64,000 bases of DNA, from the NCBI RefSeq assembly GCF_030144855.1, contig NC_082706.1, positions 95,542,001 to 95,606,000 on the forward strand, given 5' to 3'. Below are positions 1 to 12,304 of the stretch, piece after piece. This stretch comes from Hypanus sabinus. Lineage: Eukaryota. Position 1 is the first letter of the stretch; each line of letters starts with the position of its first letter. The position numbers and the translations under genes were made by a program. Below the pieces are notes generated by a model that saw only the letters and a program-made list of their open reading frames with translations, had not been told where the DNA came from and made no database searches.

Positions 1-1249
1 TAAAATGCCTGTGTTTAATTAAAATCCTACTGAATTATTTCAGCATGCACAGTGGGTCCTTATCAGAAACTTAAGAAAACATATGTGATGGTTAGCATGG
101 AAGCAATGGATTCATCCTCTGGAACAGCCACTAAAATCTCATAACATCATGTGGTTCAACCTACATTGCTGTGGTTTATCCAGGTGGGACCCTTTCCCCT
201 CACCTGGCTGAACAGTTCATCCGAGCTCATCGCCTGAGAATATATCTGTCCTATCTAAATTTGATAAAACTGCATAGCACTGAGAAAGTCATTCAGCCCA
301 TCATGTCGGTGTTGGATAAACTTTAGAATTTCCAATCAATCTTCACCTCGTTATCTCTCACCGTTCTATAAACCCGTCATTTTTCAGAAACTTATAATTA
401 AATTTGCTCCTGTTACACTGTCCAAAATCCATTATAGGTCATAGAATCTTTTATTTGCCTCACCAATTCTTTAACCACAGAACAGCACAGCATAGAAACA
501 GGTGCTACTTCCTATGGTGTCTGTGCCAAGCATGATACCAAATTAAAGTAGTCCCTTCTGTCCACACGATTCATATCTCTCTGTCCCTGCACATCCATGT
601 GCCTATCTACCACTACCACATACAATGCCTTTGATCTATGTTTTTGATTTACCAACTCTTTTGCCAGTAGAACTAGTTTTTCCCCATGCCTTTTGATTTA
701 GAACATAATTGTTACTCCTGCAACTCTTCATTGGGCTAAAAGTAACTATTTCTGGCATTTCTAGTCCTTCCAGATAAATGAAGTCTCTTATTCTTTTGTC
801 CCAACTCTGAAAAACTGTTTTCCACTCTTCACGCCAAGAGAGAAAATAGAATGAGATACCATGAATTGAGGAACTGTAAATTTGCCATTTATGTGAAGGT
901 TGAGCAAAACTTCCTCAGGTTTGCAGTCTTGTCCTGAGTTGCGTGGACTAAGAATTCAATTTGTGCAGACTCCTCCTTAAATCTGCAAGTCTGCAGGGCT
1001 GGTGGTTGGAAGTGAAGCAGCATGTGAACGTGGTATTGCAGACCGTGCTTAACCCTTGAGGTCATCGATTCTATACATCTCTGAAACAAAGGATTCTATG
1101 TGTTGTTAACAACTTCATCAACACCTATAACCTTACTGACAGTGGAATTATGTCCCCAAACTCATTCCCTGAATCCATCATTTCACCGTCAGCAACTTTG
1201 CTGCAATTTCTCACCTGAAGCATGTTCTATGGTTGACATGCTTCCCCTT

Positions 1250-1550
1250 CCTCTTATGCGCTCTCACAGAAACGAGAATGACAAGCTTCCATTCTGATTC
1301 TGAGGTGGTTTTGGCAAATGTTGGAACTGTAGGCACTTCCACAGATGGGAAAGGGCTTGCTGAGGGGGTGAATTGTGGGTAGTTTTGGAACGGTCCATTC
1401 CTTGTTTCTATCATGCTCTTGATGCAGGCACTCAAGGTCCTCAAAACCAACCCAAATGCTCCTGTTCCTCTGAGAGATCATGGGCCTGAGGTTCCCAGTG
1501 CTCAGCAGGTTCCACGTAAATACGAAGTATGTTCGCATTTTTGTCCTGTA
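1250..1550 (-). mobile_element. RTE-clade LINE 3' end fragment (degenerate)
   Basis: Frameshifted remnants WEPQAHD.../RSIWVGFEDLE.../PICGSAYSSNICQNHLR resemble the RTE C-terminus (WExLAxDR...CPxCGRxCxSRIGLxSHLR). Confidence 0.5.
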
Positions 1551-1808
1551 GATGACAGTGAGAATGAGTAGCTTGTTACAAACTGCAAGAACAGAGCAGC
1601 TGCGATTTATGTGATTCTCTTGGATGTTACTTTATTTAGAGAAATAGAGATACGGCACAGTAACAAGCCCTTCTGGGCCAAGGAGCCTATGCCGCCCGAT
1701 TGCACTCAAGTGACCAAATAACCTACTAAACCCCACATCTGTGGAATGTGGGAGGAAACTGGAGCAGCAGACAGTCACAGGGAGAGCGTATAGACTCCTG
1801 CAGCCAGT

Positions 1809-1967
1809 NNNNNNNNNNNNNNNNNNNNNNNNNNNNNNNNNNNNNNNNNNNNNNNNNNNNNNNNNNNNNNNNNNNNNNNNNNNNNNNNNNNNNNNNNNNN
1901 NNNNNNNNNNNNNNNNNNNNNNNNNNNNNNNNNNNNNNNNNNNNNNNNNNNNNNNNNNNNNNNNNNN
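1809..1967. other. Assembly gap (159 N)
   Basis: Run of N. Confidence 1.
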
Positions 1968-2277
1968 ATCCAGAATTCCATTATAGATCATATGATCTTT
2001 TTTTAAAATCACCTTTGCAATGTGAGCTATGGATCAAGCACAAGCAGATAAGACTAGTTCACTGGGCAACATCGTCAGCGGGCATAGGTTGGGCCAACAG
2101 GAATGTATAACTCGATGACTCTATCTGGCTGTGCTGGGAAGAGCAGAGAGAGAGAGAGAGAGACATCAGGATTGAAGGATTTTAGAGATAGAGGATACTG
2201 GTTAGGTTGGCCTTGTGTTTCCCAGTGTGATGGAGGCTGACGAGTGACGTGATAAGTTATTGAGTGACATCTGTAGG

Positions 2278-2491
2278 TGATGCACCATCAATAACTCACT
2301 CTGAGACGTAAAGGCGAGATATCGGCTTTTATTGACTGGAAGAAGGAACAAGCAGTGAGTGACCACCATACTACATCCTGGAGACTGAGAGGCCGGGCCC
2401 AGGCTCTGATCGCCTTTATACAGGGGTCTGTAGGAGGAGCCACAGGAGCAGTCAGCAGGGGCGTGTCCACACGTATATGTAGTTCACCACA
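2278..2491 (-). mobile_element. Solo LTR (about 214 bp), copy 1
   Basis: TG...CA ends. The minus strand has TATAAA followed by AATAAA. It interrupts a CR1 3' fragment and is homologous to 4411-4631. Confidence 0.7.
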
Positions 2492-4410
2492 GTAAAGGTG
2501 AGAGGACATTGGTTTAGAAGGGATTTGAAGGGAAAGTTATTTTTTTTACAGTGAGACTGGTTGATACCTGGAACTCATGGCAGGATCAAATACAATCATT
2601 ATATTCAAGAAACATTTACACGAGTATTTGAACAGGCAAGGAATAGAAAGATACAAATCTAAGTGAATGCTGATTTCGGGACCCCACTTATTTTTCCTTG
2701 TTTCTTATATAGTTCCTGGAACACAAGGGCATAACATAACCTATAATATAATCTCCCATATCTCGTCCCTAATATTTTGAGATATGCTCAGCAACCCGCC
2801 CCCCCCCCCCCCCCCCGCCCACCCCATCTCTCCCAAAAAATGGGAACTCTTTCCTAGTGCCATGGGCCTTGGATCTTAAAATTCTGGATACCCAACAAGC
2901 CTGAAAATACCAGGGGTGAAACGTTAATAAATCAGTGTTCTTCATAATACAATTTGACATAATACCTCTTCTCACAGAATATTGACTTACCGTGAGCAGT
3001 GCCATAAGATATTTGTAATTATACAAAATCATGTAGTTTTCATAAGAATATTTAAATGTGCACTTAAATATTTATGTCAGAATGACATTTCTTTCTGCCC
3101 TTTGGGATACTTAAATGCTTCTTTCATTTTTGGTTTGTCTCTGGGTTATTTGCCACTTCCACTACCTGCTTTTTGATAGATTTTTGTCTTTTCTGATGGA
3201 TTGATTAAATTTGCATGCAAAGTTTTTTTTTCTTCTTCACTGTGCATGTCTGCTTCCCCTTAGTTCTGAAAACTCAACCCACAGCTGCTCTGCACTGCAG
3301 AACCGGGGTTATCCAAGCCTCACTGGCTGAGCTGCAACATGCAAGCAGTGCATGTGTTTGCCTGAGCTTGGAGGCATATCTCTAAGACGGTGCTGACACT
3401 TTAATTGAAACATATGATAATAGCTACTTTCCACAACTACTGCGTTCTTGAGCCGACCTGCACAACCTTAAGCCTAACCTCAGCAAAAGGAAGATTGCAC
3501 CATCGTAGACTTGGTTCCAGTTGTTCCTTGCTTTTTGCACTAGGTCTTCCTTTTACGCAACCTACTTGCTCTCCGTCTTCACCAATTTGTCTTACACGTC
3601 ATCTATATTCGGCAGGCATGTGAAGCTGTTGCAAACAAGCCTTTCATCTGCACCTCATTGTACCTGTGCACATGACAATAAACTGCACTTAACCTGCCTT
3701 GACATATCTTGAAATCCTGAAGTCACATCTACACAGAGGCATGTCAGTAATTACATAGGAACTGCTTTCAGACATGCTGGTTGAAGGGTAAATGTTGGTG
3801 GATACTAGATGCTGACTTTCCTTTCAGTGATGTAATAAATGTAATTTTTTTTTACAGGAAGTCCACCGAACCTGAACAGACAGGGCCTCACTTTAATGCT
3901 ATAAAGTTAATACTATAATACTATATATAATGCTATAAAGGGCACCTCTGGAAAGGGAGCACTCTCTCAGCATTGCATTGCAGTGTCAATTTACATCTTA
4001 TGCTTGAATTGCTGAAGTAGGACTTGAACTCACGATTTTCTCATTCATTATAGGAATGCTGCCCAATTAAACAAATTTGGCATGCAAAAAGTGAATGGCT
4101 AAAGGCACAGAAACAAAAATATTCCAGCGTCAAAAAGATTCTCTGGTACATTTATCATTTCTCACATCCCTTTCAAGACACTTCAAAGGTCTTCATGGGT
4201 TCAGGACAGTGTATAAGATTATGAGGGAATTCACACTTACTCATCAAGTTGGAGAATCAAGAACTAGAAGGAATAGGTTTAAGGGGAGGGAGCAGAGAAT
4301 TAATAGGAACCCAAATGGCAAACTTTTCACCCAGAGGATGGTCAGTATATGAAACGAGCTGCCAAGGAAAGTGGCTGCACCAGCATTGAAACATTGAACA
4401 GCGGGTACAT

Positions 4411-4631
4411 TGATGCACCATCAATAACTCTCGGAGACGCGAGTTAAGTTAGGCTTTTATTGGCTGGAAGAAAGCACAAGCAGCAAGCGACCACCACACA
4501 ACATCCTGGAGACTGAGGGAGGAGCAGTGCCTCCACGCGCTTTTATACAGGGATCTGTGGGAGGAGCCACAGGAGCAGTCAGCGGGGGTGGGGGGGGGGC
4601 CTGTCCAGACAGGTATATGTTGTTCACCACA
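4411..4631 (-). mobile_element. Solo LTR (about 221 bp), copy 2
   Basis: Same family as 2278-2491. Flanked by tacat/cacat (5-bp TSD, one mismatch) inside a different CR1 3' fragment. Confidence 0.72.
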
Positions 4632-4929
4632 CACATTGACAACTTTTAAAAGATCATGGATAAGAAAGGCTTGGAGGGATATGGATTCAATACTAGCAAA
4701 TGGGACGACCTTAACTGGGATTAAAATGAGAACTCTTGGTCAGTATACACCAGTGAAGCAGAATTGTCTGTTTTTGTACTGTATGACTCTATAAGAAGTT
4801 CTATATAGCCTTGTCATCAGTGTGATAGCACAGGAAACACCAGAGTAAATGGCCATGAACTGAAATCAACAATGGCTAAATAATCTGCTTTAGAGGTGTT
4901 AAATGAGGTTTGAGAGTTGCAGGGTGGGG

Positions 4930-5265
4930 ATACATCTCAACCAAAGGAGGCATAAGGCATTCCTTCCCTCCGCCAGCCTGCAGGTCACCCTTGGCAAGGT
5001 GTAGCATCTGCTTAGCTCCCTCCACCTCCGGTCAACAGGAGCAGGTGGTGCATATCATTAAGTCCTGGTTACACGACCACAGACGTCAGGTGGCGGTCAG
5101 GCTCTGAAGAGTATTGATAACGTTGGGGGGGTCAGCTGTCTTGTAAAGACACTGCTCAGAAGAACGCAATGGCAAACCACTTCTGTAGCTAAAGTTGCCA
5201 AGAGTAATCATGATCATGAGACCATGACTGCCCACATCATGCAACACAGCACATAATGATAATGA
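4930..5265 (+). mobile_element. Non-autonomous RTE-related retroposon (SINE-like)
   Basis: Contains gcaatggcaaaccacttc, similar to the RTE/Bov-A signature, and ends in a short (ATAATG)n tail. Confidence 0.45.
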
Positions 5266-5862
5266 ATATGGGCTAAATATTGGCCAGGATAACGGGGCAA
5301 AAACTGGACCAAAAGCCTGCAGATACTTGAAATAACATGGCCATTCAACAACCATGGTGAAACTGGATTGGCTCTTCCAGTCAATAACTTTTCATCAAAG
5401 ATGACCCTTCTTCACCATTTTAGGGAGGGTTCACTGATGTGAAACTAGAAAAGGGGCTTCCAACCTGGGGTCTATGGGCCCCTTGCTTAATAGTATTGGT
5501 CCATGGCAAAAAAAGGTTGGGAACCCTTAACCCAGAGGAAAGAGCTTTAAGATGGGATGGGAAAATGTAATGGTGATTTATGGGGCGGTGTTTTACATGG
5601 AGTGGTAGGTAGCAGGAACAGGCTGCCGGGGAAGTGGTAGAAACAGATATGATACCATTGTTCAAAAGGCGTTTAGACAGACACATGAACAGGCAAGAAA
5701 TTGAGGGATGTAGACCACATGCATGCAGATGCACAGTTTAAGTGGGCATCATGGTCATCACAGACATCGTGAGCAAACGTGCCTGTTCCTCTGTTAGACA
5801 CATCAAATGCTGGTTCCTACTAAAACTCAGCAGATCAGGCAGCATCTATGGAGAGGATAAAG

Positions 5863-5898
5863 AGTCAACATTTTGGGCCGAGACCCTTCATCAGGACT
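5863..5898 (-). ncRNA. Degenerate minimal type I hammerhead ribozyme in a PLE 3' fragment
   Basis: Minus strand reads AGTC-CTGATGA-AGGGTCTCGGCCC-AAAATGTT-GACT. Stem I (AGTC/GACT) and stem II are intact; GAAA has become AAAA. Confidence 0.55.
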
Positions 5899-7064
5899 GG
5901 AAAGGAAGGGAGAAGAAGCCCATGCTGTACTGTTAAATGTTTTATGCTCCATATACTTCTCTCCCAATAAATTCTGTCTGACCTATTCAGTGATTCCAGA
6001 ATTTTAACCTTTTGTTTCATATTTTCCTGCTTCCAATTAATGTATTTTACGTACTCATTTCTTCATAGATTTCCATTCTGGAAACACATATCCTTCATTA
6101 CTATGGTGCCATGCAATCTTTTGCCTTCAGTGTCTCCTCAAAAAGACGGGGCTTTTGACAGTATTGCACTCCTTGATCCAACACTGCAGTGGCAGGGTAC
6201 AGAAACAGGACAAGCAAAATAGAGAAAGCAGAAAGAAATAATTTAAAAACTATATGAAAAACAAAAACAAAGTTGCAGCAACTATTGCATTGCTCCTTCA
6301 AAGAGTGGGCACAGGTACAATGGGCTGAATGGCCTTTGTTTTTATCATTCTATAATTTGGGGAAATAATGTATTAAATGTGGCAAACCAGAGAGAACGTG
6401 TTCTGTGACTAACGTTGTACAATATCATGGTGGTATTATAAAAATGTAATTGGATATATCTCACTCAGGCTCAAACGGATAAAATAATAATCTGTAATGC
6501 ATATAAAATTAATTCAAAATACACAATTGCATAAAATTTAGAATCAGCACTTAAAATTCACTATTCTTGGCGAAGCTAAACTAATTTCAGAATAATTTAC
6601 TCAGCAGAATCCCTTGCATGGTTTATATGGTTTTACAGAAAGTTTCCAGCAATTTTTTTCTTGAAATACTGATCTGTTATTTCCCTGCTTCCAAATAATG
6701 TCATTTGTACACTCATCTGATTATAGATTTTCCATATTGATCTATCTTTGCCAAAGCTGCCTAAAAGCTTCAGGTTTTCAACCAGCGGGATTTTACCTCC
6801 CCAAACAGAAGACTGTTGGTGGGCTATAGTTTTATGATTCTTAAGTCTTCATTCCTGGAATTAATCTAGTCACCTCATACTGCACCCATTCTATCGCACG
6901 TATAACCACCTTTAAGTGAAAAGATCAAATATCTCAGACTGCTGAACATGGAGCAAAACAAAAATAAAGAGTCATAGAGCCACTCAGTGTGGAAAGTGGC
7001 CCTTCGCCCCAAATGGTTCATGTCAGCCAAGAAACCATTCTAAGCTAGTCCCATTTGCCAACCT

Positions 7065-8930
7065 CAAAAGCTCAAAGTTCAAAGCAAATTTGGTACTGAT
7101 GTACATATGTATCACCATATACAACCCTGAGATTCATTGTCTTGTGGCCATACATAGTAAATCCAATAGAAGCAATGAAAGATGGCACCCATCAGGACAG
7201 ACAAACAACCAATGTGTAAAAGACAACAAACCGTGCAAATACAAAACAAAAGAAAATAATAATAAATAAATAAGCAATAAATGAAGAGTCCTCTAAAGCG
7301 ATATATTGTGGAACCGTAAATAGGTGGGTGAACTTATCCCCTCTGGTTCAAGAGCCTGATGGTTGTGCATAATAACTCTCTGAATCTGCTGGTGCTGGTC
7401 CTGAGGCTCCTGTACCTCCTTCCAGATGTCAGCAGCAAGAACAGGGCATAGCCTGGATGGTGGAGGTCCTTGATAATGGATGCCACTTTCCTGTGATGGT
7501 GCTCCATGTAGACGTGCTCAGTGTTGGGGAGGGTTTTACCCGTGATGGTTTGGGCTAAGTCCACTACTTTTTCCAAACAAGAGAAACTCTGCAGATGCTG
7601 GAAACCCAAGCAACACACACAAAATGCTGGAGGAACTCAACAGGCCAGACAGCATCTATGGAAGAAAGCACAGTTGACATTTCAGGCCAAGACCTTCCAG
7701 CAGGACTGGAGAGAAAAAAAAATTAAGGAGTAGATTTAAAAGGTGAGGGGAGGGGAGAGCGAAACACAGGGTGATAAGTGAAACTGAATGGGGCCCTCCC
7801 CCACACTTTCTGCTTTCCACAGGGATCGCTCCCTATGCGACTCCCTTGTCCATTCGACCCTCCCCACTGATCTCCCTCCTGGCACAAGTGAAGCAAATGC
7901 TACACCTGCCCCAATACCTTCTCACTCACTACCATTCAAGGCCTCAAACAGTCCTTCCAGGTGAGGCAACTCTTCACCTGTGAGTCTGTTGGGGTCATAT
8001 ACTGCATCTGGTGTTCCCCGTGTGGCCTCCTGTATATCGGTGAGACCCAGCATAGATTGGGAGACAATTTTGCAAGCACCTATGCTCCAACCACCAGAAA
8101 AAAGCAGGATCTGTCATTTTAATTCCACTCCTCATTCCCATTCCGCTATCTTTATCCATGGCCTCCTCCACTGTTGTGATGAGGCCACACTTAGAATGGA
8201 GGAACAACACTACATATTCCAGCTAGATAGCCTCCAACCTGATGGCATGGAACATCAATTTCTCGAACTTCCGGTAATGCCCCCCCTCCTTCACCATTTC
8301 CCATCCCCTTTTCCCTCTCTCATCTTACATCCTCGCTTGTTTATCGCCTCCCTCTGGTGCTCTTTCCCCCCCCTTTTCTTTCTTCCATGGTCTTCTGTCC
8401 TCTTCTATCAGACTCCCCCTTCTCCAGCCCTGTATCTCTTTCACCAATCAACTACCCAGCTCTTTACTTCATCCCTCCCCCTTCAGGTTTCACCTATCAC
8501 CTTGTGTTTCTCTCTCCCCTCTTCCCACCTTTTAAATCTACTTCTCAGCTTTTTCTCCCCCAGTCCTGCCAAAGGATCGCGGTCTGAAATGTCACCCATA
8601 CTTTTCGTAGAAGCTGCCTGGTCTGCTGAGTTCCTCCAGCATTTTGTGTGTGTTGCTCCACTACTTTTTGTTAGCTTTTCTGTACAAGGGCATTGGTGTT
8701 TCCATACAAACAGTATTGTGATGCAAACAGTCAATATACTCTCCATTACACATCTATAGTATTGCCTATCCAAACTGACTGGTGAGGAAATCGAGGGTCC
8801 AATTGCACAAAGGTGCTTTGAGGCCAAGATCTTGAAGTTATTGATTAGTTTTGAGCAGATGGTAGTATTGACTGCCGATTTGTAGTCGATGAAGAACACC
8901 TTGATGTATACACCTTTGCATATACCATTG
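7065..8930 (-). mobile_element. Rex1/Babar-type LINE remnant, interrupted by a PLE
   Basis: RT piece FIDYKSAVNT..SKLI, C-terminal IIKDLHHPGYALFLLLTSGRRYRSLRTSTSRF, and a (CTTTGAA)-like tail near 7065-7090. Confidence 0.65.
7573..8656 (+). mobile_element. Penelope-like element, 5'-truncated, with an inverted copy of its 3' end
   Basis: GIY-YIG remnants (VIYCIWC..LYIGET..). Bases 7575-7790 are an inverted copy of the 3' terminus. 13-bp TSD TCCACTACTTTTT at 7560-7572 and 8657-8669. Confidence 0.85.
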
Positions 8931-8934
8931 CATA

Positions 8935-9920
8935 GACCAGAAGATATAGGAGGAGAATTGGGCCACTGGCCCATTGAGTCTGCTCTGCCATTTCATCATG
9001 GCTGATCCATTTGTCCTGTCAGCCCCAATCTCCTGCCTTCTCCCTGTATCCCTTCATGCCCTTACCAGTCAATAATCTATCAACCTCTGCCTTGAATATA
9101 CATAAAGACCTGGCCTCCACAGCTGCCTGTGGCAAAGAATTCCATAGATTCACCACACTCGGACTAAAGAAATCCCTCCTCATCTCCATTCTAAAAGGAC
9201 ACCCCTCTACTCTGAGGTTGTGACCTCTGGTTTTAGACAATCCCATCATTGGAGACATCCTCTCCACAACCACTGAGTCAGGTGCTGAACCATTGAGATC
9301 TTCTTTTGGTATCCTCTTTAATATTATTGGCTAGCTTACTTTTGTATTCCATCTTTACCTTCTTAATGAACATTTTTTTTGTTGGTTTTTAAAAGCTTCC
9401 CCACCATCTAATTTCCTTCTAATTTTTGCTCTATTATATCCCCTCTCTTTGGCTTTTATATTAGCTTTGACTTCTCTTGTTAACCATGGTATCCTTTAGA
9501 ATCCGTCTTCGTCTTTGGGATGTATATATCCTGTGACTTCCAAATTGCTTCCAGAAATTCCAGCCACTACTGCTCTGCCATCATCCCTGCCAGTGTTCTT
9601 TACAGATCAATTCTAGCCAAATCCTCTCTCATGCCTCTGTAATTCCCTTTACTCCATTGTAGTTTGATACATCTGACTTTAACTTCTCCTTCTCAAATTG
9701 CAGGGTGAATTTAATCATATCACAATCACTTTACCTAGGATTCTTGTCCCTTAAGTTCTCTAATCAATTCCAGTTCATTGCACATCACCCAATCCAGAAT
9801 AGCTGATCCTCTCGTAGGCTCAACCATGAGCTGCTCTAAAAAAAAACATCTCATAGTCATTCTAGAAAATTCCCCTCTTGGAATCCAACACCAAACTGAT
9901 TTTCCCAATCTACCTGCAGG
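8935..9920 (-). mobile_element. CR1 LINE fragments (3' end joined to upstream ORF2 piece)
   Basis: SKTRGHNLRVEG..FFSPSVVNLWNSLP is the CR1 C-terminal motif, followed by the 3' UTR. Confidence 0.75.
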
Positions 9921-10661
9921 AGAATTGTATAGAAGATCCTATATCTCATAATTTTTGAATTTTTTTTTAATTATCACCAATTTGGACACACTCTCATAAA
10001 GGTTTGCCACCCCACTATAACACAGTCCCTCAAGTCATGGTGATATCTTTGCAAATTTTTTCTGCACTCTTTCCAGTTTAATAGCATCTTTCCTATAAAT
10101 CTCTTCCTCTTCATGAACAACCCGCTCTGATCTTCTGCCTGCTCTGGATCTCTTTATTGCTAATTGCCGACGGGACATCAACCGTCTTGACTTCACCACA
10201 CCCTGTTCAAATTCCGACCTCACTCCTTCCGAACGCTCTGCTCTTCGCTCCCTCCGCACCAATCCCAACCTCACTATAAAACCCGCTGATAAGGGGGGAG
10301 CTGTTGTTGTCTGGCGTACTGACCTCTATCTGGCCGAGGCACAGCGACAACTCTCTGATACCTCCTCTTGTTTACCCCTTGATCATCACCCCACTAAGGA
10401 GCACCAGGCCATTGTCTCCTATACCATCACCAACCTTATCAGCTCTGGGGATCTCCCATCCACTGCCACCAACCTCATAGTTCCCACACCCCGCACTTCC
10501 CGTTTCTACCTCCTACCCAAGATCCACAAACCTAATAGGTCCAGGTAGACCTATTCTCAGCTTGCTCCTGTCCCACTGAACTCATTTCTGCATACCTTGA
10601 CACTGTCTTATCCCCCCTTGTTCGATCTCTTCCCACCTATGTTCGTGACACTTCTCATGCT

Positions 10662-12036
10662 TTGAATTTTTTCAATGATTTTAAGTTCCCTGGCCCGCAC
10701 TGTCTTATTTTCACCATGGACGTCCAGTCCCTATATACCTCCATCCCCCACCGAGATGGTCTCGAAGCTCTTCGCTTCTTTTTGGATTCCAGACCTAACC
10801 AATTCCCCTCTACTGCCACTCTCCTCCATCTAGCAGAATCAGTTCTTACTCTCAATAATTTCTCCTTTGGCTCCTCCCACTTCCTCCAAACCAAGGGTGT
10901 AGCCAAGGGCACCCGTATGGGTCCCAGTTATGCCTGCCTTTTTATTGGCTTTGTGAAACAGTCCATGTTCCAAGTCTATACCGGTATCCATCCCCCTCTT
11001 TTCCTTCGCTACATCGACGACTGCATTGGCGCTGCCTCCTGCACACATTCTGAGCTCGTCGACTTCATTAACTTTGCCTCCAACTTTCACCCTGACCTCA
11101 AATTTACCTGGTCCATTTCCAACACCTCCCTCCCCTTTCTTGATCTTTCTGTCTCCATCTCTGGAGACGGCCTATCTACTGATATCTACTATAAGCCTAC
11201 AGACTCTCACAGCTACCTGGACTATTCCTCTTCCCACCCTGTCTCTTGCAAAAAGGCTATCCCCTTCTCACAATTCCGCCGTCTCCACCGCATCTGCTGT
11301 CAGGATGAGGCTTTTCATTCCAGGATGAAGGAGATGTCTTCCTTTTTTAAACAAAGGGGCTTCCCTTCGTCCACCATCAACTCTGCCCTCAAACAGATCT
11401 CTCCCATTTCCCGCACATCTGCCCTCACCCCATCCACCCGCCACCCCACTCGGGATAGGGTTCCCCTTGTCCTTACCTACCATCCCATCAGCCTCCAGGT
11501 CCAACGTATAATTCTCTGTAACTTCCGCCACCTCCAACGGGATCCCACTACCAAACACATTTTTACCTCTCCCCCTCTTCCTGCTTTTCGCAGGGATTGC
11601 TCCCTACGCGACTCCCTTGTCCACTCTTCCCCCTCCCCAATCTCCCTCCTGGCACTTATCCTTGTAAATGGAACAAGTGCTACACCTGCCCTTACACTTC
11701 CTCCCTCACTACCAATCACCCAGACAGCCCTTCCAGGTGAGGAGACACTTCACCTGTGAGTCGGCTGGTGTGGTATACTGTGTCCGGTGCTCCCAATGTG
11801 GCCTTTTATATATTGGTGAGACCCAACACAGTCTGGGAGACCGTTTCGCTGAACATCCACGCTCGGTCCGCCAGAAAAAGCAGAATCTCCCAGTGGCCAC
11901 ACACTTTAATTCCACGTCCCATTCCCATTCTGATATGTTTATCCATGGCCTCCTCTATTGTCAAAATGAATCCAAACTCAGGTTGGAGGAACAACACCTT
12001 ATATATTGGCTGGTATCCTCCAACCTGATGGCATGA
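10662..12036 (+). pseudogene. PLE reverse transcriptase / GIY-YIG endonuclease pseudo-ORF
   Basis: ORFs 10662-11759 (RT, YIDD) and 11668-12036 (GIY-YIG) are in different frames. Confidence 0.88.
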
Positions 12037-12304
12037 ACATTGACTTCTCTAACTTCTGTTAATGCCCCTCCTCCTCTTCTTACTCCATCCATGACATATT
12101 TAGTTGTTTGCCTGTTCTCCATCTCTCTCTGGTGCTCCCCCCACCTCCTTTCTTTCTCCTGAGGCCTCCCGTCCCATGATCCTTTCCCTTCTCCAGCTCT
12201 GAATCACTTTCGCCAATCACCTTTCCAGCTCTTAGCTTCACCCCACCCCCTCCGGTCTTCTCCTATCATTTCGCATTTCCCCCCTGCCCCCACTACTTTC
12301 AAAT

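Noticed and set aside
204-233. 30-nt in-phase micro-exon candidate (AMSSDELFSQ) on the minus strand
   Set aside because: Splice signals are plausible but the pyrimidine tract is weak and there is no homology support. Such matches arise by chance.
1632-2110. ORFs spanning the N-run (also 54318-54635)
   Set aside because: They are artefacts of translating assembly gaps.
2278-4631. The two LTR-like repeats as the paired LTRs of one element
   Set aside because: There is no PBS, PPT or gag-pol between them and no shared TSD. Each sits in its own CR1 fragment.
7980-8759. 259-aa hydrophobic ORF
   Set aside because: It reads through PLE GIY-YIG remnants and a pyrimidine-rich UTR; the composition is a low-complexity artefact.
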